From the human T2T-CHM13v2.0 reference genome, Homo sapiens: a DNA stretch of 64,000 bases. The stretch lies in NCBI RefSeq assembly GCF_009914755.1, contig NC_060933.1. One strand, 5' to 3'. Positions 34,009 to 53,133 of the stretch are shown piece by piece. Numbering within the stretch: the first letter of the stretch is position 1; each line of letters opens with the position of its first letter. The notes below the pieces were generated by a model, which was given only the letters and a program-made list of their open reading frames with translations, did no database searches and was not told the origin of the DNA. The position numbers and the translations under genes were made by a program.

Positions 34009-35120
34009 TGTGGGGGCCAAGGCAGGGCTTTCCCTTTGACCCTCTCTGAAGTTTCACTGAAAAATCAACTTGCAAAAGGCAGATTAATAGGAGAAAAGCC
34101 ATACAAATTCATTTAACATGTATACATCGGGGGCCTTCTGAATGAAGACCCAACTTCCCAGTGAGGTACAGAAGCTTATATACCATTCTGAGGTTAGGAG
34201 ACAGGAATAACAAGGGTGGTTGCAGGAGAATAGAAAATTCCAGGCAGTGGTTTCACATGGCTAGCAAAAGGAAACTGTAGAAATAGCTGCAGAAACTATG
34301 GGCTGATAAGACCCTAAAAGCCAGGGTGCGGACTAAGCTGGGTGAGACTAACCGGACTCAATGTGGCACTGGATTTGACCTAGGTTTCACCTAGAACCTC
34401 ATTATACGCTCATTAGCATACAAATCACACACCCACCAGCACCATGACAGTTCCAGGAACATCCATATTTGGTGTGAAAATGAGTAGCACTAGAGTTCCA
34501 GAACATCTCCACCTTTTTCCAGGAATCTTCATGAATATTCCATCCCTTAGTTAAAGAAACCCACAAAGGCAGCCCCTCCAAACCCCTTTGCATGTGACTG
34601 TCTCTTGAGTACACCTGCACTCCCCTTTCTTGAGTGTGTACTTTTCACTTTGCAATACATTTCCGTACTTGGACTATTTTCTGACTCAGCCTTGAATTTA
34701 TTCTCACTGGGGTGGAGGTCCCACTAGCAACTGGGGACTTCCCGCAGCCCACTGATGTCAGTTACAGAAAGAATGGGAGCTTGGATCCTGGTAAAACAGG
34801 TTATGGGAGTGGAGAGAAGAATTCCATTGAGGGGCAATAAATGATTACTAGAATGAATGACTGTATGGGAAACAGAAATTAACTTGTAAATAGTTCTCTT
34901 TGGAATTTAAATGATCCCTGGAGCAAGTTATTATCTTCTTTTCTGTAATGGATAAGGAGATAACAGGGAAGACAGCAAGAATAATTGTTCTCCTTGGTGA
35001 GTCTGTCCTACCTGTATGTATAGATAGGAGAAAACCAGTGCTTATTGATCTCTAAGGGTTTTTAATTTAAAATACTCATTATACCAGGGACCTGTATTTT
35101 GGAGTGAAATACTTTGAAAC
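34009..35120 (-). mobile_element. ERV1 solo LTR (MER34/LTR29/LTR48-like) split by a second LTR
   Basis: tgtggggg...gcagattaataggagaaaagccatacaaatt; resumes at 34761. Confidence 0.6.
34197..34760 (+). mobile_element. MER66-like (ERV1) solo LTR
   Basis: ggagacaggaataac...gatgtca with a perfect 4-bp TSD gtta (34193-34196 / 34761-34764). Confidence 0.75.
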
Positions 35121-35348
35121 AACCAAAGGCAGAGAGATAGTCCCAAATTATCGATGAGAAGATTAAGTAAAGTGGGCAGAAGAGAAAAAGATTATATGTC
35201 TATAATACTGCTACCCTTCCATTACTTCTCACATCGGGCAGAATTAAGATATTTCCCAAGACTGAGACACTCATGGAAGGCAGCCAGCCGTCACCACAAA
35301 TCTTCATAAGCTCACTGCAGCTTTCCTGCTGCTACACACAGGCACATT

Positions 35349-35455
35349 CTCTCCCCCTCTTCTTTTTTTTCCTTCCTTCCTTCCTTCCTTCCTCCCTCCC
35401 TCCCTCCCTACCTCTCTTCCTCCCTTCCTTCCTTCCTTTCTTCTTTCCTTCCTTT
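35349..35455. repeat. (TTCC/TCCC)n polypyrimidine tract
   Basis: Read directly. Confidence 0.9.
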
Positions 35456-35489
35456 GCTGAGTCAAACTCAATTGTGTGTTACTTCTACA

Positions 35490-36150
35490 AACATTTTGTT
35501 ATAAATATTTTCAAACATACACAAAAATAAAGGAAGTATAAAATGAATCTTCACGTATTTATTACCCAGTTTCAAGTATAAACATTTTGCCAATCTTGTT
35601 TTATCTACTCTCCACCCCTTCCTCTCCTCACCACTCAATGTTTCTCTGGATCATTTTAAGGCAAATTCCAGGTTTTCAGTCTTAAATGTATCACGTCTGT
35701 CTAAAAATAAGCACTTAAAAAAAACCTAATCACAGCACATTATCATACTTTCCCAAATTAATATTTCTTGATTTCATCTAATACCCAGTTTGTTTTAAAA
35801 TTTTCTCAAAAATAACTTTATGCAGTTGGTGTGTTCAAATAGGCTCTATGCAAAGTCTACATCGTGCATTTGATAAATCTCTTAAGCTCTTTCAATATGT
35901 GATACTTCCCCTTCTTCTTTCTGGCTTTCAGGCCATATGTTTGGTCTGCTCAATTTTCCACAGTCTGGATCTTGATGAATTGCATTCTTATGGTGTAACT
36001 AACACATTCTTTTGCTTCTTGTATTTCCTGTAAGCTGATGTTTACATTTAGAGGCTTGTTTAGACGCAGGTTTGAATTTTTTTAGCATGAAAGTTCCAGT
36101 TGCACTGCAGAATGTCTGGTGATCCCAGGTTTAGCACTTTTGAGGTTGAT
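35490..36150 (-). mobile_element. L1ME/MD 3' fragment
   Basis: aaatattttcaaacatacacaaaaata...aacattttgccaatcttgtt. Confidence 0.6.
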
Positions 36151-36453
36151 CAGTTAAAAAGTAGCTGTTTGGGAGGCAAAGGGCACATGTTAGTCGCCTT
36201 TGCATGCCCATTGTCAAGCACAGCATTGTGCCTAGAGCAATCCCTGGCAATGTTTACTGAGTTGAAGCAGTTGATGAAACCCAGATTTGTGAGACTTCAG
36301 ATACAAATCTTCTATTCTCAGCTGAGATGCCTAAACTTTATTAATTCACATCTGTATGTTGTAAAAGTTCTATTTTATTTTACGACCTTAGCCAGTTTTG
36401 ACCAGTTCACCTTGGCTGCGGTTGTTTCTGTTTCATCTTTTTCTCATAAATAG

Positions 36454-36912
36454 TGTCAACCTTAAATAATGAGATTCAGAAAATATGACTAAGGATAGAG
36501 TTTATTCGAGTGCAAAGCTTGAGGATAGCCACTCATGAAGCGTCAGCTCCAAATGAATATGGTCAGCATTCCCAAGTGGAGAAGTTAAGGTTTCACTTTT
36601 ACAGACAGAGACAAAGACATTTTCAGAGGATTACAACATTTTCTATAGGAGACCAGTGCATACATTAAAGCAATTTGATTGGTCACAGATTGCTACGTGC
36701 CAAGGAAGATTACTTTATTACTCAATGAGGAGGGATGGTGATCTGAGGAGGTCTTCTCTCTCGTGCTGTTTGGTCTTCTTAATTATTCACAGGGGGAAAA
36801 AAAGGCGGAAGTTGCCGCTGCACGTGACTCAGGCTGCATAGCCACATTTGTCTCAAGGCTCAGAATAACTTAAAGTTCCAACAACTTGAAGTTTGAATTA
36901 TTTAATTTCACA
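36454..36912 (-). mobile_element. ERV1 solo LTR (LTR24/MER67-like)
   Basis: TG...CA termini and a perfect TSD atag (36450-36453 / 36913-36916). Confidence 0.75.
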
Positions 36913-37940
36913 ATAGAAATTAAAACAAAGATTTTAACGTTTCTTAATAAGAAGAAGCCATCTTCATGCGAATTGTGAAATTTTTAAATTAAATATATTT
37001 TTAAAGTTAGTAATTTACTCAAGCGTTGTTTAGACATTGTTTTAGAAACTGGTATCTTGAGTGTCTATGCTTGTCATCTTTCATGATGAATGGTCCCTGT
37101 TTATTTGCAAAACTTGCCAATCTGCCAAAGCTTTATTTGCTGGGAAGTTAGCATGTCTGGGAAAGTAACACTTTCTTTTTGCTTTAGTAACGTATAAATA
37201 TTTTTAAAAAAGGATATACATATTTTTAGGAAAATATTCTTAGCAAACCCAAGATTGAGATCTATGAGTTCATTTTTCCCCTATTTTTCTACACCTTTAA
37301 AAAAATTCCCCTTTGGAGATTGAAACAGGAGAAAGGGTAGGGCCCAATATCACACAGGGACAAGAGTTGAGCCTGGGAGAGTCTTGTATTCAGGACCCAA
37401 ACTGGGTGCAGGGCTGGCTCATTAGGAGTTGAAATGCCTCTGCACCAGTCACGGGTGGAAATAGGTGCATTCACATGAACATGGTTGCATCAGCTTCATC
37501 CACAGGAGCCCTGAACCCGTCATTAACCTGTGATCTGGTTGGAATCTATGTACCCTATGGGTCAATGTGAAATTACTTCTCAGGGAGGCAACCACAGCTG
37601 AGGGAGTCCACAAGGTAAAATTTCCACAGAAGATAAACTCACATGTAAGAACTGCAAAAAACATACAAGAATGTCTAGTATTGTGACAATAGTAAACCCA
37701 GGTCTGCTGCATACAGACCGTACAATTGTAGGTGTGTAATTCACATTGATCACAATTGCACACTCATACACACACCCCATGCAAAACCTTACGGTAGGAA
37801 TTCTAAAGTGACCTGATAAAAATATTGAATCCTCAAATTGATAACGTAGAGAATGACATTTGTGGAACAAGAACATTCAAAATTTTTAAATGCCATTATG
37901 GCAAGGGAACAGATGAGTATTTTTAAAAAATCAGATCTCT

Positions 37941-38263
<323 letters not shown>

Positions 38264-39041
38264 CTAAGAAGAAACTCCTTTGACTCCGATTTTGGGGAAG
38301 GAAAAAGTATTAGTTATCTCTGAGATGAATAGCTGAGGTCATTATTGATCCATTTGATGGGGCTAAGTGGCATCTTGGAAAAAAAGACCCTCAAGCAGAA
38401 AACAGAAAACCTCTGTAACTCTTCGGGCTTCAGTTTCCTTTACAAAAAAAAAAAAAAAAATCAAACAACAAAAAACAGAATTGAAATTGATGGTACACAT
38501 TATTTTTGCTTCTCTGTTATATAAAAACTTAATAATTTCTTAACTAAAACTAGGCATGGCACTATTATGGTACTCAAGGAAATTAACAATGGGCAGTTCA
38601 GCTTCTGGCACTGGTGGAAAATAAGCTAACACGGGTGTGAGAAAGGCAGATGCAGGAGCCCCGAGCTCACCTACACGCTAGGGACCAGTGGGTAAAAACT
38701 GGAGGCACCTCGACAAGCCCCACACAGCCCCTGTGAGCTTCCTGTGGGGCTTCAGCCATCCAGGGGCTCCTAAAAAGTAAAAGTTCTAGTATTTGTACAT
38801 GGTTATTTCCAAGATAACGTGGATGCTAACAATTTTTTGAGGAACATTTACTTTCACAGAATTACAAGTCCATCTTGCTGTTGCCAATCATGTTGGGGAA
38901 AATACAGTGTTTTTCTTAGAAAACCAGGCAATCTATGTGGAAACTCTCATCCCATGGTGATCTGCCTATACAGTCTTTGTGAGATCACTTCAATACAAGG
39001 AATGTAAAATAAAAAATTAAAATAAAAAAATTTAATGAATT

Positions 39042-39348
<307 letters not shown>

Positions 39349-40552
39349 TTATATTATATCCCTCATCCCCCCAACCCCTATTAAAGATCACTGGAATTAT
39401 TTTGAAATGTTTTCACACTCACGTAACATACTTTTGACAAAGGAATTTTATGGTATTTGAACTAGATGAATACTTTTGGTCAATATCAATGAGGGTGTGT
39501 TTACCCAATATGAACAGCGGCATAGCAGGACACCAAACGCTGCCTGCATCAACGAAGGCCACACGCAGTTCACCTCTGTAACTGCAATCGATTTCTCAGA
39601 GAAGTAAGTCAAGACGAAATCATTCACTAAAGCCACATATTGAGTTTAAAAAGAAAAACCTAGCAGCTTTCTAAAACTGAAGCTTCAACTTCTAAAAATG
39701 TTAATTTTACCTACTAAAAACCCCTTACCTTTTAGAGCTTAAGGTTAAAAAAAAATCTAATGTAACAATATGTAACCGGGTCTCATCTATTTCACTACTT
39801 TTTTTTTTTTTTCTCATGGGAAAAACCAGGAGATTTATGGAATCTACCCAAGAGATTGAGCAGATATCCAATGTTCAGCCTCGGATGTATATCACAAAGT
39901 TCTATAACTCCCATCTGGTTATCATAAGTATAAAAGGTTAAAACCTGGGGTTTTATTGTTACTTTAAACAATAAAATATTTTATTTGAAATAAGAAAACT
40001 GAAAGCCAATTTAGGGAGGCAGTCTGATGTCCCTGGAGCAAATGTGAATTTCCTTCAGTTTGGAAATAATAATAAAGTGTGACATATGAAAGAAGAAAAT
40101 GCTTTCTTCCTTTACAGAAACTATGAGCAAACATCTCTAGGCTCAGGCCGGCTATCTTGCCTCTCTCTTGCCTCATAGCCTGGAATTTACCCCCACAAGT
40201 CCACCCTCGGTTTTCTTTAAACTTCAACTTCCAGTTGACTTGGAAGTCTTCTTCATCCTGCCCAAGATATAAGGACATACATAGCTTGCTTTCTTAAGAG
40301 GAATTTTCCATGTTTCCCAGTGAACAATGACCTAACCATCCTTTAAGTTTTACTGAACACATCTGAGATTGATACTTTTGAAGGAGTTTGAATATTTGGC
40401 CAAATTTTCATCTTGTAGTTTACCATATGCTGAAATACTTAGTCTATTCTCACTAATCTATTCGTTCTAGAGTATAAATTACCAAAGTTATTTTAAATTA
40501 TTACCTCTCTGAAAGATATTATACATTGACGGATGGAGAGAATCACTTTTTA

Positions 40553-40868
<316 letters not shown>

Positions 40869-40926
40869 GTATTTGAGAATCTATAAGTGTTATGCTGTGC
40901 CAGTTCTTAGAAGCTGCATATGGGAT

Positions 40927-41266
<340 letters not shown>

Positions 41267-42075
41267 TTAGAAGACATTTAAAACTTTTCCCTATGATTAC
41301 CAAGGTTCTAAAAACTTCCTTATCAAGGACGTACTTATCAAGCCCTCCTTTATCGAGGACTTCTCAGGCTTCTGCACCCACCCCCACTCAACCTACTGAA
41401 TCTATAGTCACGTGTGGAAAGTGGGAATCTCAGCGCTCAACTAAAGACCAAAACTTGAAAATGTAACAATAAAAAATCACAGATGACAGTTCCAGACCTT
41501 CCTACTGGTGTAGAAGAATTTATAAGAATTGTGAGAGTGATGGTCACAAAATAATCAATGAATTAAGAAAAGAACAATGATGCAAACCTTCAGACTGAAA
41601 CAGATTTGCCTTTAGCTATTTTATGGTAAGACTTCCAAAATGCCAAGACTAAAGAGAAAAAAAATCCTCAAAGCTTCCTCAGAGAAAATAACAAACTACT
41701 TACAAAAACATAAGAAGTGAATAGAAAACTCATAGAGCAATTCTTTTGAAGTTCTGAAAGTAAAGGATTTTTAAACTAGGTTTCTATTCCTGGCCAAAAT
41801 TCATTCAAGCGTACAGCACATTTTTAGACCTGCAAGGACTCAAAAAATTTGACCCCTACAAACCTCTATGAAAAAATAAAGAGGCTGTACTTCAGCAAAA
41901 TAATAATAAATTATATAAGAAAGAGCAGTAAATACAAAAAACAGTAAAATATATAGTTAAGTAATTTTTGATGGCTCTAATTAATGAATAAATAATAATC
42001 TGGAGCTAAAATCACATTTATGATTTTTGGGCAACATAGTGGGACTCTGTCTACAAAACTAAATAAATAGAAAGA

Positions 42076-42356
42076 GGCCCAGTGCGGTGGCTCACACTTG
42101 TAATCCCAGCACTTTGGGAGTCCGAGGCTGGCAGATCATGAGGTCAGGAGTTCAAGATCAGCCTGGCCCATATAGTGAAACCCCGTCTCTACTAAAAATA
42201 CAAAAAATTAGCCAGGCCTGGTGGTGCACACCTGTAGGCTCAGTTACTCAGGAGGCTGAGGCAGGAGAATCACTTGAACCCGGAAGGCGGAGATTGCGGT
42301 AAACCGAGATCGCACCACTGCACTCCAGCCTGGGCAAGAGAGCGAGATTCTGTCTC

Positions 42357-42391
<35 letters not shown>

Positions 42392-42401
42392 GAAGAAAAA
42401 A
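42076..42401 (+). mobile_element. AluS
   Basis: Alu dimer. Confidence 0.92.
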
Positions 42402-42442
42402 GGCCCAATAATAGGCAAGAATATTTGAAAAAGAGGTACAAT

Positions 42443-42779
<337 letters not shown>

Positions 42780-43549
42780 TTATAAAACTGTTGAAAACAG
42801 CACAGAGTGGAACTGTTACAGGAATAAACAAATTGATAAGTAGCGCGGAATAGAGAGTACAGAAACAGCCATGTTTGTTTGGAAATGTAGCATGTTTATT
42901 AACTTATTCTACATGTGTTTAATGAACAACAGGCATTGTGCATAGCATAACAACCAAAACAGTCCATATCCTTGGGTCAAAGAGGTTATAGTCTAGTGAG
43001 GCGGGGCAAGACAATCAGCCGGAATAGATGAGTCAACATCATTGGAAATTCGAGAGGAGAAATATTATGGAGAAAAAAACGTTGAGGAAGAAAGAGAATG
43101 ATAGGGGTAACATGCAATTTTAAGTACGTGATGTGCATGATCCTCTCTGGTCAGGAGGCATTGATGCAAAGGTTTGAAGGAGGACAGAGACTATCCTAGG
43201 CAGACATTTGGCAGAAGGACACCCAGGCCATGGAACCAGCACTGACCTGTTTCTGGATGGGCTAGTACCTGGCCTGCTAGAGGAACGGAGAGAACAGTGT
43301 GTCTGCGTATAATGAGGGTAGCATTCTGAATGAGTGGAAAGAGAATGAACAACTCAACAAATGGTTTTGGAACAAATAAATATCTCTTTGGAACTTGTAT
43401 ATTATCTATCCTACCCTACACCATACACACACAAAAAGAGATTCTAGATGGATTATGGAACTAAATGCAGTGACTTCCAGTTAAAGATGGTGAATTGAGC
43501 ACCTTCATCTATGCTGGCTCCTTCCCCAAAACTTATTAAGATGACAGGA

Positions 43550-44006
43550 TGTAGCAGGACAAGCCGCACACAAAACCCCTCACACACCGAGTTAAAGAAG
43601 GAAGGGCTTTTTTCAGCTGAGAGCTTTGGCAAGACTCACAACTCCAAAAACCAAGCTCCCCAAGTGAGCAATTGCTGTCCGTTTTAAGGGCTTACAACTC
43701 TAAGGGGGTCCGCGTGAGAGGATCCTGATCAATTGAGCAAGCAGGGGGTATGTGACTGGGGGATGCATGCTCTGGTAATCAGAACGGAACAGAACAGGAC
43801 AGGGATTTTCACAGTGCTTTTCTATACAATGTCTGGAATCTATAGGTAACATAACCGGTTAGGCCAGGGGTCGATCTTTAACCAGGCCCACCACGCAGCA
43901 CCAGGCTGTCTGCCTGTGGATTTCATTTCTGCCTTTTAGTCTTTACTTCTTTTTTTGGAGGCAGAAATTGGGCATAAGACAATATGAGGGGTGGTCTCCT
44001 CCCTTA
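43550..44006 (-). mobile_element. LTR2 (HERV-E/Harlequin) solo LTR
   Basis: Reverse complement runs taagggaggagaccacccctcatattgtc...cctgctaca; 4-bp TSD agga at 43546-43549 / 44007-44010. Confidence 0.9.
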
Positions 44007-44262
44007 AGGAGATTTTTCTTTGTAAAGACATAAACTTACAAAGAGACAACAACAAAATATTTGGAAGGTAGAAAGCAGAAGGATGCATAGAAGTTGGCTT
44101 AGCAGAACCTGGAAGGCTGAGTTTTGTGACAGCAGTGGGAAAGTCCAAGAGGCACCTGACTTAAAATCCAGAATCCCCAATGGCTCAGAAATGGTGAACG
44201 CCATGGACCTCCAGGAGGAAAGGAGAAGAGTGGGCTATAAATCAGAAGGCTGGCTTCAGATC

Positions 44263-44567
<305 letters not shown>

Positions 44568-44596
44568 TTAAGGAGTTTCACAAACAGATTCTATCC

Positions 44597-44934
44597 TGCC
44601 GAGACCAGCTCGGTTGGGGAGACCCTAACCCAGCTCAGTAGAGGAATTAAAGACAACACATACAGAAATATAGAGGTGTGGAGTGGGAAATCAGGGGTCT
44701 CACAGCCTTCAGAACTGAGAGCCCTGAACAGAGATTTACCCATGTATTTATTGACAGCAAGCCAGTGATAAGCATTGATTCTATAGATTATAGATTAACT
44801 AAAAGTATTCCTTACAGGAAACAAAGGGATGGGCCAAAGTAAAGGGATGGGTCTAGCTAGTTACCTGCAGCAGGAGCATGTCCTTAAGGCACAGATCACT
44901 CATGCTATTGTTTATGGTTTAAGAACACCTTTAA
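44597..44934 (-). mobile_element. LTR3 (HERV-K HML-6) solo LTR, 5' end missing
   Basis: tgccgagaccagctcgg..ggggagaccctaacccagc..gaggaattaaagac matches the reverse of the recalled LTR3 3' end; stops at the Alu at 44935. Confidence 0.75.
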
Positions 44935-45445
<511 letters not shown>

Positions 45446-45465
45446 TTAGAAAATCATTAATATCA

Positions 45466-45778
45466 GGCCAGGAGTGGTGGCTCACACCTGTAATCCCAGC
45501 ACTTTGGGAGACTGAGGTGGGTGGATCACGAGGTCAGGAGTTCGAGACCAGCCTGACCAACATGGTGAAACCCCGTCTGTACTTAAAAAAAAAAAAATAC
45601 AAAAATTAGCCAGGTGTGGTGGCACACACCTGTAATCCCAGCTACTCAGGAAGCTGAGGCAGGAGAATCACTTAAATCTGGGAGGCCGAGGTTGCAGTGA
45701 GCCGAGATCACACCACTGCATGCCAGCCTGGGTGACAGAGTGAGACTCTGTCTCAGAAAAAAAAAAAAAGAAAAGAAA
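45466..45778 (+). mobile_element. AluS
   Basis: TSD gaaaat(c/t)attaatatc. Confidence 0.92.
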
Positions 45779-45889
45779 ATTATTAATATCCTCAGAAACA
45801 AAACAAAAAACCAAAACCTTAGAAATAAGCCATAACAAAGGAGCTGATAGAGAACCATAAATTTAAAATATATCAGAAAAGTCACACTA

Positions 45890-46520
45890 GATTTATATAT
45901 TTGACAACATTGAAACTAAGAACTTCTGTTCATCAAAACACACCATCACAGGAGTGAGAGGCAGCTGACAGAGTAAAAGACAATATCTGCAATTTTATAT
46001 CCAATGAAGTACTTGTATCCAGAATATATGAAGAACTTCTACAAACAAATTTTAAAAAAATGGAAAGCCAATAAAAAATTGGGCAAAAGTTTGAACAGGT
46101 GCTTTACAAAGGAGAATATTCTGATGGGTATGAAAGGTACTCAGCTTTAGGAAAATGTAATTAGAGCCACGATAATATTCCATCAACCCGAACAGCTAAA
46201 GTGAAGAACAAACAAACAATACCAAGGACTCTTATACACTACTGGAGGGAGTGTAAATTGGTAAAACCCGTTTTTGGAAAATCATTTGGCAACATCCCCT
46301 AATTCTGAACATATGAGTACTCTATAACCCAGTAGTTCCACTACTAGGTATATATCTAGCAGAGATGCACATATATGTAAACCAAAAGACATGTGCAAGA
46401 ATTATCACAGCAGCACTATCCATAAAAATTGGAATCAATTGTCTATCAGCAGCAGAATGAACAAGTGCATTGTGGTTTATTCACACAATAGAATACCATG
46501 CGGACAAGAAAACAAACACA
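45890..46520 (+). mobile_element. Old L1M ORF2 3' fragment
   Basis: aagaacttctgttcatcaaaac...tacactactggagggagtgtaaattgg. Confidence 0.7.
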
Positions 46521-46521
46521 A

Positions 46522-46685
46522 GTGTCTTAGTCTGCTTTATGCTGCTATAACAGAATACCACAGACTGGATAATTTATAATGAAAAAAATATATTTGGCTC
46601 AAAGTTCTGGAGGCTAGGAAGTCCAAGATTGAAAGACTACATCTGGTGAGGGCCCTCTTGCTGTGTCATAACATGATGGAGGAGA
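46522..46685 (-). mobile_element. MST/MLT1A (MaLR) LTR fragment
   Basis: gtcttagtctgctttatgctgctataacagaataccacagactgg...ttctggaggctaggaagtccaagat. Confidence 0.7.
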
Positions 46686-46851
46686 TTGTCATTCTGTTGC
46701 TGATAGACAAGCGATTTACTGGCTTTCCGTCTTTTTAAAATTTATTTGTAGAAGTTCTTTATATATGCTGGATACAAGTACTTCCTTGGATATAAAATTG
46801 CAAATATTTTCTGTTATTCTGTTGTCTGCCTCTCACTCCTGTGATGGTGTA

Positions 46852-49308
<2,457 letters not shown>

Positions 49309-49399
49309 TAGTGTGACTTTTCTGATATTATATTTTAAATTTGTGATTATCAGCGCCTTTGTTATTGTTTATTTCTAAGGTTTTTGTTTTGTTTCTGAG

Positions 49400-50260
49400 G
49401 ATATTAATTATTTTTTAAGGTTTTAAAGAATTAGTTGACCAACTTCAGAAGGGCCAACTTCCAATAAAGAGAGTTTCTGAGAGTGAACTGAAAAAATGGT
49501 AGCAGGAGGAATCAAAAAATAATTCAAGAAGATATATCATAACTGAAGAATTTGACTTGCCAAATGAAAAGGATCCACCAAATGGGGAGCACATTAAATG
49601 AGATTTGTCCCCCATCAAACACATCATTAGTGACCTTCAGAATCCTGGGAACGGAAAGATGACTTTCCAAGTTTCCTTAGAGGAAAAGCAGGTCAAATGC
49701 AAAGAGTAGGAATCAGAATGGCTTTGAAATTCTCAACAGCAACAGTAGAAGCTAAAAAACAATGGAGGATTATCTTCAACATTCGGATTGCCTATAGATT
49801 CTTCAATACCCAGACAAAGTATGAATTAAATGTGAAGATGGAATAAAGACATATTTAGACATGAAGAAGTTGCAAAATTTACTTTCTATTCTATTGTCTC
49901 TGGAAGCTGAGAGGATGTTGTTGATCAAAATGAGGAAATAAAACAACAAAGAACATGATTAGCATTCAGAAAACAGTGGGTTCCAAACAAAGGAGAGATG
50001 AAGGGAGTCCTCAGGACAGGACAGGAGAAAGAGTCCAGGATGCCAGCCACAAGCAGGCTTGGAGAACAGACAGCCCAGAACTCTAGAATATTTTTTCAAG
50101 AAGACAATAATAGTGCTAATGTGTTTGAACACATTGAGAGAAGCTTTTCATGACTGAAGTAGAACTTGAAATGCGTAAGTGATAAATATATGGAAAAATA
50201 AGCAACCAACAAAAGATTATTATTAACTCAAGAACAAACATAAATTTGTTAGAAACTGTA
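49400..50260 (+). mobile_element. Old L1ME ORF1 fragment
   Basis: aggaatcagaatggctttgaaattctcaacagcaacagtagaagct. Confidence 0.6.
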
Positions 50261-50264
50261 GGGT

Positions 50265-50480
50265 AGTGGCCACACCTACAGAATACAGATCCAGAATGCC
50301 TGGGGTTCAAATTCTGGTTTTGCCACTTAACGGCTGAATTACCTTGGGCAAATCACTTCATCTCCATGGTCCTCATATATAAAATCAGGATTATTATAAC
50401 AGTCTTGTGAAAGTTTTGTGAAAATTAAAGTCCTTGGATCTTTTTCTGGCCCAGAGAAAGCCCCATGTAAATGTTAACGG
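50265..50480 (+). mobile_element. MIR SINE
   Basis: cctggggttcaaattctggttttgccacttaacggctgaattaccttgggcaaatcactt. Confidence 0.75.
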
Positions 50481-50483
50481 TCT

Positions 50484-50710
50484 TTATTTTTTATTTTATT
50501 TATTTTTTTAGAGACTGGGTCTGGCTGTGTTGCCCAGGATGGAGTGCAGTGGTGCGAGCTCAGCTCACTGCAGCCCTGACCTCCCGGGCTCAGGCAATTC
50601 TCCTGCTTCAGCCTCCTGAGTAGCTAGGACTACAGGTGTGCACTGCCACACTCAGCTGATTTTTTTTTTTTTTTTTGTAGTAACAAGGTCTTGCTGTGTT
50701 GCCCAGGTTG
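50484..50710 (-). mobile_element. AluJ, 5'-truncated
   Basis: Right arm plus part of the left arm. Confidence 0.85.
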
Positions 50711-52036
50711 TATTAACTATTGTGGTTGTCACGACCACTACCACCGTCACCATCATCATTGTATATGGTCCATGGTTCAGCTGGAAAGGTGCAACTAATA
50801 AAAATGCTGACTACTAAGCTTAAGAAAAAAATGTCTATTTAATTAGATTGGGAGAAAGTGAAGACAGAAATTGCTTGTCAGGTTAGGAAAGGGAAGGAGG
50901 GAAGGAGATAAATCATCTTCCACATTGGGAAGTCTTAGAGAAATTTTTAATCTGCAAAACCAAATAAGTAACAATATAGGCATTTTTGTTGAAGACATGG
51001 AGGAAGATATCAAAAGGTTAGCTAAGAAAGTTTACAAGAGTTGCTCTGTGGGAGTGGGAAATGGGTGAATAGACACAGGGAACTTATTCTTTGTAACAAT
51101 CTTCGTCAATTAGATGTATAGATATTTTAATTCTAAAATTAAAACAACGTTTTTCTTTGAAAAAGAAATCGCCATGTCAAGTTGTTTCACTGGATAATTC
51201 TGTTTAAGGAAGAATCAATGCTAACAATAAGCAATTTTTTCCAGATCATATAAGAAGAGAAAATATTTCCCTTCTCATTGTATGGGACCAGTATCACACT
51301 AATACCAAAACCAGACAAAGAATTACAAAAAAAGAAACTTACAGATCAATATCCTTCATGCATGTAGACACAAAAACCTTTAAACAAGTATTAACAAATA
51401 GGCTTCAGTGATTTTTAAGAAGAATTACACACCATAACTAAATGAAGCTTATTCCAGAAATGCAAGGTTGGTTCAATATTAAAAAATCAGTCAATGTAAT
51501 CCACCACATTAACAGAATAAAATTCACATGATGTTATCAATTGATGCAGTAAAGTATTTGACAAAATTTGTTTATTTAAATAAATTTTATTGTGTACAAA
51601 CATGATGTTATAAGATACATATATAAGAAAATGGTTACTATAGTGAAACAAATTAACATCTCCATCATCTCATTTAGTTATCCATAATTCCTCCTGTGGC
51701 AAAAACAGCTATAATCTACCCATTAAGGAAAAATCCTGAATATGATACCCTATTATTCACTGTAGTCTTCATGCTGTTCATTAGACCTTTCCACTTGTTC
51801 ATTCTACATATTTATTTGCTACTTTGTATCTTTTGACCTAAACCTCTCCATTTCCTCCCCAACTCCAACCTTGGTAGCCACTGTTTTATTCTCTGTCTCT
51901 ATATACTTGATCTCTTTTTTTCTAGAGACCCCACATAAGTGAGATCATGCAATATTTTTCTTTCTGTGTCTAGCTTATTTCACTTAGTATAATATGTTCC
52001 AAGTCCACCTATGTTGTGGCAAATGGCAGATCTTCC

Positions 52037-52678
<642 letters not shown>

Positions 52679-53133
52679 CAAGATCTCCCTTTTTAAAGGC
52701 TAAATAATATTCCATTGTCTATTTATGCCATAGTTTATCCATTCATCCATTAATAGACACCTAGGTTGTTTTCATACGTTGGCCATTGCGAAAAATGCTG
52801 CAACATGGGTGTGCAGATATCCTTACCAGGTAGAGATTTCATTTCCTTTGGATATATGCCTAGAAGAGGGATTACTAGGCTGCATTTGACAAAACTTAAT
52901 ACCTTTCATGATTTTAAAAAAATTCTGAGAAAACTAGGAATAAAGGTGAACTCCCTCAACCTGATTAAAAAAAAAAATTCCTGCAAAACATAACAGTGAA
53001 AGACCGAATGCTCTCCTCGTGAAATCAGGAGCAAACACAGCAAAGGTCCCCACCCTCACTACTACTATTCAACTTAGTCCTGGAAGCTCTAACCCGTGCA
53101 AAAAGCAACAGAAGGAAATAAAAGACACAGTTA

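Noticed and set aside
43600-43620. Mutated poly(A) signal (AAAAAA) in the minus LTR2 as selection for read-through
   Set aside because: Other minus-strand LTRs here keep AATAAA, so a single change is uninformative.
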